A stretch of DNA of 64,000 nt, from positions 9,242-73,241 of the forward strand of contig JACQJD010000046.1 of NCBI GenBank assembly GCA_016198185.1. Direction: 5' to 3'. This DNA is from Deltaproteobacteria bacterium. Its GTDB lineage: Bacteria; Bdellovibrionota; JACOXK01; 2-02-FULL-40-11. The notes beneath the pieces are model-generated. The model was not told the DNA's origin. It saw nothing but the letters and a program-made list of their open reading frames with translations, and did not search any database. The first letter of the stretch is position 1; each line of letters starts with the position of its first letter. A program made the position numbers and the translations under genes. Below, piece by piece: positions 10,026 through 17,384 of the stretch.

Positions 10026-11248
10026 CAGACAGAGAATTGAACCCCCGCTTTCGCCAGGCGAGCATACAGAATCAATCCCAACGCTGTCGACGGAGTCCAA
10101 AAACCACCCTTCAAACTCGAAAATGCATCGGCGTTTTCCACCAAACATAACGCGGACTCGCAGCTCAGCACTGCCGTCGCCTTGTTGCCCGGATCGCCCG
10201 GATACGACATCTCAAACTGCGAGACGAGCTCCTTGCCGCTGTAAGCATAAAACTGTGCGCGGAAAAATCCGTTTTCTTGAACGTCCGGCGAAGGACCCTG
10301 CCCTGACTTCACTCCAAATTTCTTTAAAAGTTTGAGGACCCACGGGTTGCGTCCCACGCGATAGAACGCTGCTGCGCCAGCCACATAGGCCCAGGCCTTT
10401 GCCGCAGAGGCGCCCTTAGACAAGCGCATAAGTTCGACGTACTGAAAAGATCCCTGATCTCCGGCTGTCTTCCCCAAACGCAAAGCCTGCGATCGATAAA
10501 CTACTTTGGAGTTGATCGGCTCCATGAAAAACGGAGGAGCTGTGACACCGGCGGCTGGAACCCATACTGGTTTTTTTACCTCGGGATAGTTAAACTTGAC
10601 GCGCGCGTCCTTTGGAACCAGGAGCGAAAGATTGCGCAACCGTTGCTGATCGTCGTTGCTCAATGCCAGCATATCCAGCATCGTTTCATACGTCCCGCCA
10701 TTGATTCCTCCGCGCACAGAAAACAGACTCACAACTTTAGTCACCGGACGCAAAGCATCCTTTTCGCGAGCCAGCTCCACGACCCACCAGGCACCCAGAT
10801 CCGATGGCACGGAATCGAAGCCTGAAAATGGGATCAGGATCGCTCCGCTTGCCGACGCCTGAGGCGCGTATTTTTCGATCATCCGCTCAACCCAGAGAGG
10901 CTCGCCGGTGATGTCCAGGTAGTGCGTCCCGAGCTTTGCACAGGCCGCGACGATGTTTTCTCCGGAACGTCCAAAGGGCCCCGCGTAGTTGATAGCGACT
11001 CGGGTCTGCGAGATCAGATTGTGCACGCCTTCCCCGTCTGCGTGATCCACGATCACATATTCAGCGGGCTGTGATTGGAAAGGACGAAGGACTTCCTTCA
11101 GACGATCCATTTTGTCTCGGCTTCGCCCTGCCACCGCCCATCGGACTTTTCCAGAAACATTTCGGGCGAAGTACTGGGCGGCTACCTTTCCTGCAAAGCC
11201 GGCCGAACCAAAAACGATCAAATCAAATTTACGGGAACTTTGTATCAT
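10025..11248 (-). CDS. Saccharopine dehydrogenase-like NAD(P)-binding oxidoreductase, on a GC-rich patch
   Basis: N-terminal 'FDLIVFGSAGFAGKVAAQYF' Rossmann motif; 407 aa. GC is markedly higher (about 55-60%) than the roughly 40% surroundings. Confidence 0.6.
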   Translation of the reverse strand: MIQSSRKFDLIVFGSAGFAGKVAAQYFARNVSGKVRWAVAGRSRDKMDRLKEVLRPFQSQPAEYVIVDHADGEGVHNLISQTRVAINYAGPFGRSGENIVAACAKLGTHYLDITGEPLWVERMIEKYAPQASASGAILIPFSGFDSVPSDLGAWWVVELAREKDALRPVTKVVSLFSVRGGINGGTYETMLDMLALSNDDQQRLRNLSLLVPKDARVKFNYPEVKKPVWVPAAGVTAPPFFMEPINSKVVYRSQALRLGKTAGDQGSFQYVELMRLSKGASAAKAWAYVAGAAAFYRVGRNPWVLKLLKKFGVKSGQGPSPDVQENGFFRAQFYAYSGKELVSQFEMSYPGDPGNKATAVLSCESALCLVENADAFSSLKGGFWTPSTALGLILYARLAKAGVQFSV

Positions 11249-11467
11249 TTGAAGTTGATAACACTACAGACATAAACTTAGAAGATTTATTCTGTTTTCT
11301 TTTGGTTTGAATATTTATCGCGATAAAAACCGAAAATATATAGTGTTCAAAATTTGAATCGGACCATGGAAAATAGCGGCTCTCTTTCCCCATAAATTGA
11401 CATCCTAGAATTTGTCGTCAATTTTTTCGATAGCTTAAAGTTAAGATGAATTATGCACTACGTGCAT

Positions 11468-11629
11468 AATTCCCCCGAGCCCTAAAAGGGCGAGAGGGGC
11501 CCCATGCGTTGGGGAAAGATTTTGAATATTGTCAGGATGGAAGGCAGCCCGTCATGCCGAGCGTTAGCGAGGCATCTCGGTGTTTAAGCCAAGGTAGTAG
11601 CGTCATTCCGAACGAAGTGAGGAATCTCT
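11468..11629 (+). repeat. Array of three CCGAG..CGAGG mini-palindrome variants (plus orientation)
   Basis: aattcccccgagccctaaaagggcgagaggggcccc; cgtcatgccgagcgttagcgaggcatctcgg; cgtcattccgaacgaagtgaggaatctct. Confidence 0.6.
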
Positions 11630-11674
11630 ACGCAAATAGAATGTAGTGACTGCCTTTTGGTAAAAAGAAATGCT

Positions 11675-12157
11675 CTATTCTCCTCCTCCATATTTCACTG
11701 ATGACTCTTTTATAGGACTTATCTTTTTACCTAAAAAATCACAGATATAAGCTGTTACAATAAATTCTCCAAAGGTCGTACTTTCCAAAAAAACTGGAAC
11801 ATGCATATTTTGATTTTCTTCCAAGAAAGAAAATTTATGTTTTTTTTCATAAAGTATTTCAATTTTATCTTTTACTTTCTTTTGAATTTTAATAAAAACT
11901 GAATCTGCCTTTGTTGATGTATTCTTATTCGCCTCTATAACGAATAATGTGCGATTTGATGGATGCTTTAGGCTTCCCTCTCCAATCGATGAATTCCATA
12001 TATTGAAATCCGGATTAAAGATATTTTCAGACCATCCCCCAACACCATGGTAATACAAAAAACCTTTGACAGATAAAATTTCTGGAACTTTCTCTTGCGC
12101 AGCGAATAAAGGAAAGGAAAAGAGAAAGAAAGTTAGAACAAGAAAATATGTTTTCAT
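11675..12157 (-). CDS. Hypothetical small secreted protein
   Basis: Signal peptide MKTYFLVLTFFLFSFPLFAAQ (start taken at the internal Met of the 172-aa ORF). Flanked by inverted mini-palindrome arrays. Confidence 0.45.
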   Translation of the reverse strand: MKTYFLVLTFFLFSFPLFAAQEKVPEILSVKGFLYYHGVGGWSENIFNPDFNIWNSSIGEGSLKHPSNRTLFVIEANKNTSTKADSVFIKIQKKVKDKIEILYEKKHKFSFLEENQNMHVPVFLESTTFGEFIVTAYICDFLGKKISPIKESSVKYGGGE

Positions 12158-12219
12158 CAGCGATTTATAGCAAAGCATATCGATATAGATCAATAATTTT
12201 TGAAGACTTCCAATTCACA

Positions 12220-12401
12220 GAGATTCCTCACTTCGTTCGGAATGACAATATTACTCTGGTATACATCGATGAGACCCCTCACTTGCGTTCGGGGTGACGT
12301 GTCTAAGCTTATCCTGGCTTGCAGCCCAGTCTTTCCCTGGTGCGGGGAGATCCTCTCGGCTCTTCGAGCCTCGGGATGAATTAGCGCACATGCGCTAATT
12401 C
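12220..12401 (-). repeat. Mirror-image array of CCGAG..CGAGG mini-palindrome variants plus a perfect 24-bp palindrome
   Basis: agagattcctcacttcgttcggaatgac (reverse complement of the copy at 11601), gagacccctcacttgcgttcggggtgacg, ggagatcctctcggctcttcgagcctcgggatg, then gaattagcgcacatgcgctaattc. Confidence 0.6.
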
Positions 12402-12530
12402 AATCTAACTATCCTTCCCCTCCCCAAAAACCTCAAAAAAAGCCCCTGTTTCTACCAGCCAGACTGTGACAATTGGCCTCGTATTTAAGCCCTTGCTGTT
12501 GGCCCATGGAGACCGAATTTTTCGATAGTC
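12385..12530 (+). repeat. About 140 bp conserved 'P' element (copy 1), candidate small RNA or mobile module
   Basis: Near-identical to 33318..33462 (...ctaactatccttcccc...gcccctgtttctaccagccagact...ggcctcgtatttaagcccttgctgttggcccatggagaccgaatttttcgata). Both copies sit about 30 bp upstream of a hairpin element. Confidence 0.55.
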
Positions 12531-12557
12531 CTGTAGAGGGTATTTCGGCCTTGATAA

Positions 12558-12645
12558 GGTGTTCGCGTAGCGCGCGGTGTGGCGGCCCAGGACGCGTGCT
12601 ACGCGAACACAACCAAGTCCTTAGAAATATTGACTTTTTCTTTTC
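12558..12645 (+). repeat. Hairpin element A (type-1 arm / core / type-1 arm / type-1 tail)
   Basis: ggtgttcgcgtagcgcgc - ggtgtggcggcccaggacgcg - tgctacgcgaacac, then the tail aaccaagtccttagaaatattgactttttcttttc. Confidence 0.7.
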
Positions 12646-12706
12646 AACTCTCTTATGAGCCATTATATTTACTGACACGAAATTATTCTTTTGTTAATTT
12701 TCACAT

Positions 12707-13510
12707 GTGGCTGGAATAAAATTTCCAAAAATTAAACTACCGAAACTAAAGTGGCCGGAAAAACCACGTCAAAAAACATCGAAAAAGACATCGTCAAAAG
12801 AAAAGAAAGTACATCCTTGGAGACTCTGCCCACTGGGCCAACATTGGGTGCGAACTCATCCCATGCACGTGCCTCCAAGCAAGAAAAATCCTGCAGGCTC
12901 TGTTACCTCTCGTAAAGAACATTGCGCAAGAAATCCAACAGGTAAAGATCAACTCTATCCCGACGAAATTCTTGAAATGACAGATAGACATTTTTCTAAA
13001 GCCACAGAACTCCCCTGCCCTTTTAATTTAGGATTTTCAAAAGGGAATGATTATGACTTATTAATTGCGGGATGGACACAATACTGGAATGAGATTCTTA
13101 AGTCTGAGATTCCCCTGGGAAAAAATCTGGTTAAAGCTTTGATCGCAAGTGAATCTGGCTTTGATCCCAAAATTTTAGCAAATAAAAAAGATTCTAATAG
13201 TGCTCGCGGACTGATGTAAATCACCAATGCCACGCGAAAAATATTAGGGAATGAAAAGGGCGAACTTAAAGAACATTATATTACTGTCACTAAGGAAGAT
13301 CTCAATAATCCAAATATAAATATATGCACCGGCATACGTTGGCTCTTTCATAAACAAAAATTGGCTTCAGCGAGATTAAGGCGAAATGCCTCATGGGAAG
13401 AGACTATTTTTGAATACAAAGGTGGCAGAAGCACTTCTTCATCTCGGGCCAATAAGTTAATGGACAAGTTTCGAGAATGTCTCGTAAAGTTTGAGATGTG
13501 TGTAAAAAAA
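12707..13510 (+). pseudogene. SLT-domain lytic transglycosylase disrupted by one in-frame TAA
   Basis: 'ALIASESGFDPKILANKKDSNSARGLM*ITNAT...NPNINICTGIRWL' is an SLT signature (catalytic ES..., GLMQ). TAA at 13217-13219 occupies the Q (CAA) position of GLMQ. The frame continues to 13510. Confidence 0.65.
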
Positions 13511-14373
13511 TAAAAAAATATTTTTTATTCTTTGGTTTTATTTTAAGTATTTTGCTGACCAGCGATACGGCCAATCTATTCAAGGTTGTTTACAAAGGAG
13601 ATCCGTTGTGTCAGGAAAATACAATATTGATAGAACAAAAGCATGACCATGGTTATGACATCACCGTCTCAAGAGCCGAAGACTGGATATGTCAATCCAT
13701 CGATATCAAAAAAAATGGAAAATTACTTTTCCATAATGAAGAAATTGGCGGTTACTATTTCTTAAGTGATAACTTCGAAGAACATGGCAACCCATTCTTT
13801 TTTTTACCCGGTAATATCAATCCCCATTTTGTATTTTCCAAATGGACAGGGGGCGCCCATTGCTGCTATTCCCTTCATATTTTTTCATTGGGTCAAGATT
13901 TTCGAGAAGTAGCCGCAATTGAGGGTGGAAACTCCCAACCCATTCTTAAAGACCTCGATGGAGATCACATTCCAGAAATTGAAGTTTTAGATGATTTTTT
14001 AGCCTACCTTTTTTCAAGTTTTGCCACCTCAGCTTACGGGGCTGTCATACTGAAATATTCTAATGGAAAATATTATGTAGCAGCAGACATTATGAAAAAA
14101 CCGCGACCCCATTCCAATCTCTGGAAATCTAAAATTTATTCTTGGAAAAATGACTTACGTAAAAAAGGTCCAGAATGGCCTCCCCCGTCTCTCATCCAAA
14201 CCATGACAGATTTAATATTTACAGGAAATAAAAAAGTAGCTTTCGATCTTATTCATTCGATTTGGCCACCCGAGGTTTCTGGAAAAAATGACTTTCTATC
14301 TGAGTATGAAAAAGCATTAGCACAGTCCAATTTTTACCCAGAATTTGAAAAGAAACTTAAGCTGTTACAATAA
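13498..14373 (+). CDS. Hypothetical secreted protein ('gene A' family, the intact copy)
   Basis: 291 aa with GTG start and N-terminal hydrophobic signal. The C-terminal 45 aa recur as remnants at 9826 and 34667. Confidence 0.45.
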   Translation: MCKKIKKYFLFFGFILSILLTSDTANLFKVVYKGDPLCQENTILIEQKHDHGYDITVSRAEDWICQSIDIKKNGKLLFHNEEIGGYYFLSDNFEEHGNPFFFLPGNINPHFVFSKWTGGAHCCYSLHIFSLGQDFREVAAIEGGNSQPILKDLDGDHIPEIEVLDDFLAYLFSSFATSAYGAVILKYSNGKYYVAADIMKKPRPHSNLWKSKIYSWKNDLRKKGPEWPPPSLIQTMTDLIFTGNKKVAFDLIHSIWPPEVSGKNDFLSEYEKALAQSNFYPEFEKKLKLLQ

Positions 14374-14451
14374 TCCAAACCATGGTTCCGCAGAAAGATC
14401 TCCTAGAAATATTTTTCTATCTTCTTCATCTGCGATTTTCTCTCCTAATAA

Positions 14452-14826
14452 TTAAGCACGATTTTTGAGCTCTTTGGCCTCTTTAAAATTTTTTAATAGT
14501 GCACTCGAGCGAGCCAATACTTCCCATTTATAAGCCTCATCAAAATCTTTTTTATCGGGGGATTCATCTGTGTATTTTTCACAGAGTTTTGCATGCTGCA
14601 ATGCCAAATTCGATTCACGCAAATGACAACAGATGCGACTTATTAACCAATGCCCTCTAGCCAAATGGAGTGCAGTTCCTCCACATTTTTTCCACAAATA
14701 AAAAGAGGCATAGGCAGATGCAAGCATTTCAAGATCTTCACCTAGATTCAACTCTTTCTTTTGAAGATAATTCCAAACCTGGTTATTGGCTTCTATGGCA
14801 AGTTTTTTTATTTCAGCGTTTTCCAA
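14452..14826 (-). CDS. Hypothetical protein
   Basis: 124 aa ORF with no recognisable motif. Lies between 'gene A' and hairpin element B. Confidence 0.35.
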   Translation of the reverse strand: MENAEIKKLAIEANNQVWNYLQKKELNLGEDLEMLASAYASFYLWKKCGGTALHLARGHWLISRICCHLRESNLALQHAKLCEKYTDESPDKKDFDEAYKWEVLARSSALLKNFKEAKELKNRA

Positions 14827-14854
14827 TACAATTTTTCCTTATTGTGAAACCTAG

Positions 14855-14941
14855 CATTTCGACCAGCGCGCGGTGTGGCGGCCCAGGACGCGCGCTACGC
14901 GAACACCACCAGGTCCTTAGAAATATTGACTTTTTCTTATC
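14855..14941 (+). repeat. Hairpin element B (type-2 left arm / core / type-1 right arm)
   Basis: gcatttcgaccagcgcgc - ggtgtggcggcccaggacgcg - cgctacgcgaacacc - accaggtccttagaaatattgactttttcttatc. Confidence 0.7.
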
Positions 14942-14953
14942 AACACCTCACTT

Positions 14954-16123
14954 TTACTTCAGTAAATAATCCTTATAGAAATCCAAGATCGGTAAAACTT
15001 TAATTCGTTGATCTATTTTTCTGGCCTTATCAAAAAGACCGATAACCAAAGCCTCTTTGCATGAATATTTTTCTAAAAAAGATTTTAATCCATTTAAATC
15101 TTTTGGATGAAGCGTTGAAGAAAATTTAAACTCACATGCCAAAAGCCCCTGAGGCGATTCCCAAACCAAATCCACTTCTACGCCTCCGTGTGTACGCCAA
15201 TAATACAATTCCCCTTTTTTCTTTTGATAATGTAACTGCTTAATAATTTCCAAAATCATGACATTTTCAAATAGACGCCCTTCATCAATTGGTTTCTGTG
15301 CTAAAGCTTGCGCAACCCCTACATCAAAAAAATAAAATTTATGCCCCGTAAAAAGTCGTTCACGTGCTTTTTTTAAGTATGGATCTAGGCGGTGAACAAT
15401 GAGTGTATCCTCTAAAATTTCATAATAACTTTTAATGGAGGGGGGACTTAGACCCACATCTCGTCCCAATGTAGAATATTGAATAAGCTGACCTAATTCT
15501 TCTGCAGCCAATGATAAAAAATGAACAAACGCAGCTCAATTTCGAGTATTGGCTTCGGCCTCTATTTCTTCTTTTAAATAAATATCTGTGTAATATTTTA
15601 GTTCCTCCTCTGGCTTTTCGGTACGAATAACCCCTGGTAAAAGCCCCTCCTTAAAAACCCTTCTTAATGCCTCAAATCCAACATTATTCTTTTCCAGTAA
15701 ACCTAACTCCACAAAAGATAATGGAAATAATTTCGCGCTGTGAATCCGACCTGGGAGTAAATTTACTTTTTTTTGTCTTAATTTCCTTGCGGAAGATCCT
15801 GTAATGAGCGGAATCAAAGCATTTTTATGCTTATCTAGTAAAACTTGAAGATCATCCAATAGCTCTGGAAATTTTTGAATTTCATCAAGAAAAAGATAAA
15901 GGAATTTATGCTTGTCTAATGCCGCCTCTATTTCTTCTGAAAAAAGAGAAGCTTGTCTTTGCAGTCGTAAATATGTCGCTCGACTATTAAAATTGTAAGA
16001 AAGCACGTTCCCCTTTTCTTTTAAAAATTGCTCGATAAGGTACGTTTTACCTACCTGCCTAGGACCTAAAAGAAAAAACCCCTTCTTAAACCTTGAAATG
16101 TCAATCTGACGCTTAAAATCCAT
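14954..16123 (-). pseudogene. AAA+ ATPase (AAA_14 + DUF4143 type) interrupted by a single in-frame TGA
   Basis: Walker A 'LLGPRQVGKTYL' in the upstream part (15536..16123) and a DUF4143-like C-terminal part (14954..15511) lie in the same frame, separated only by TGA: ...EANTRN*AAFVHFLSLAAEELGQ. Confidence 0.65.
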
Positions 16124-16321
16124 ACTTTCATTTTACATAAGTAATTTAAAATATCAACTTGAATTATTTTACGGGAAATGGTTGACATTAGGCATTTATT
16201 AGGCTAACAAAGATTTTTATTGTAGATATTGAACAATATCCATGGGTGGTTCCATTTAGAGAAACAAAAACAGAAATCTTTTTAATTACAGCATTTCCTG
16301 ACAGAAGATTAAAGGAGGAAT

Positions 16322-16645
16322 TTGGTTATGAAAACTAAATTGACAATATATGAAAAACAAATTTCTAAAGATATTTCTGAAAAAAAATATCAATCTCTAC
16401 CAAAGTCTGTTCAAAAACAGTATGCTCAAATGGCAAAAGAAGATATTCAAAGAAGAAAAACGGTAAGAAAGGAAGCCAGAATTAACATCAGACTTGTCCC
16501 TGAGGAACTCGAATCACTCAAAGAAGCAGCAGAGTCAGAGGGAATTCCTTATCAAACGCTCGTTTCTAGTATTATTCATAAATATTTAACAGGTACTTTA
16601 ATTGATTTAAAAAATGCTGCCGCATTAAAAAAAATAATGAAATAA
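16322..16645 (+). CDS. BrnA-like ribbon-helix-helix antitoxin
   Basis: 'RINIRLVPEELESLKEAAESEGIPYQTLVSSIIHKYL' matches the BrnA/CopG antitoxin core. No BrnT partner is found upstream. Confidence 0.5.
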   Translation: MVMKTKLTIYEKQISKDISEKKYQSLPKSVQKQYAQMAKEDIQRRKTVRKEARINIRLVPEELESLKEAAESEGIPYQTLVSSIIHKYLTGTLIDLKNAAALKKIMK

Positions 16646-16649
16646 AAAC

Positions 16650-16790
16650 TAACAGCAGCTTACCTTTATTTGAAAGTTAATAATTGATCGACCTCCATTA
16701 AACTCTCTTTAAGTCTTTTATAAGACGACGCAGAAAAAATAGCATGCCCTATTCTACCTCAATAATCGACAGCCTCAGGAATAGGTTGAT
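16650..16790 (-). pseudogene. 3' fragment of an ATP-grasp paralogue
   Basis: Shares the ...cctattct(a/g)cctc(a/g)ataatcgacagcctcaggaataggtt... segment with the 3' end of the 21174..22403 ATP-grasp gene. Confidence 0.4.
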
Positions 16791-16794
16791 GCGG

Positions 16795-16890
16795 GGCAGA
16801 CAGATCTGCTATGAATTATACCTTCAAGCTACTACAACACGTAAGGGCGGAAAATGGCGCCCTCAAATGATCAAAAGAATACTTGATCGA
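16795..16890 (+). pseudogene. Last about 30 codons of a serine-recombinase-like gene (copy 1 remnant)
   Basis: RQICYELYLQATTTRKGGKWRPQMIKRILDRP*, matching the C-terminus of the 35583..36023 ORF. Confidence 0.4.
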
Positions 16891-16935
16891 CCATGATCGA
16901 TCTGTTGATTTCAGCAAGAAAAACGCGATATTGTT

Positions 16936-17101
16936 TTATTGATGAAAACCAAAGAAGAAAAACGCCCCAAAGATATTGCGTATTTGGATACAAACGTTAT
17001 CAGTTTTTATTTTGACACAAGACCCGCGATTCAATTGATGCGCGATGCCACTCGTCAGTGGTGGGAAGAGAAAAGCAACGCTTATTATTTGTGTACTTCC
17101 T
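16936..17101 (+). pseudogene. PIN-domain gene with internal deletion (copy 1)
   Basis: MKTKEEKRPKDIAYLDTNVISFYFDTRPAIQLMRDATRQWWEEKSNAYY... aligns to the N-terminus of 36046..36576 but stops after about 55 codons. Confidence 0.5.
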
Positions 17102-17119
17102 ATGCTTAGGAGAATGCAC

Positions 17120-17384
17120 GATGAAGACAAAAATAAAACCAAAAAAATTGGTCATGGGAAGACATGAAAATCCAGTTGACTTCTTTAGACGTGTAAGAAT
17201 GGCCATTATGGAAGAGTTTGATAACGATATTTATAAATATGGCGCCTATTTAAGAGAAAGAGAAAAAGAGCACAAAGACCGGTTGGTGGATGTCGAAAAA
17301 CTACGAAAGCTTGGAATTATCTCAACTCAAATTTACACAATATATTTTACACCACCATCTTTTCAGCATACGTTTATTGTTTGA
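17120..17384 (+). CDS. Small conserved partner protein of the PIN module (copy 1)
   Basis: ...PVDFFRRVRMAIMEEFDNDIYKYGAYLREREKEHKDRLVDVEKLRKLGIIS is about 80% identical to 36573..36794. Confidence 0.5.

Noticed and set aside
12558-12645. Interpretation of the hairpin elements as ordinary rho-independent terminators
   Set aside because: They have no downstream T-tract and all lie in one orientation regardless of flanking gene direction. One of them also forms the 3' end of a coding sequence.
12433-12678. Small ORFs inside the P element (MGQQQGLKYEA... on the minus strand, MASYLSPCCWPMETEFF... on the plus strand)
   Set aside because: They are short, on opposite strands, and run through the hairpin element. 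The DNA-level conservation is better explained as a non-coding repeat.
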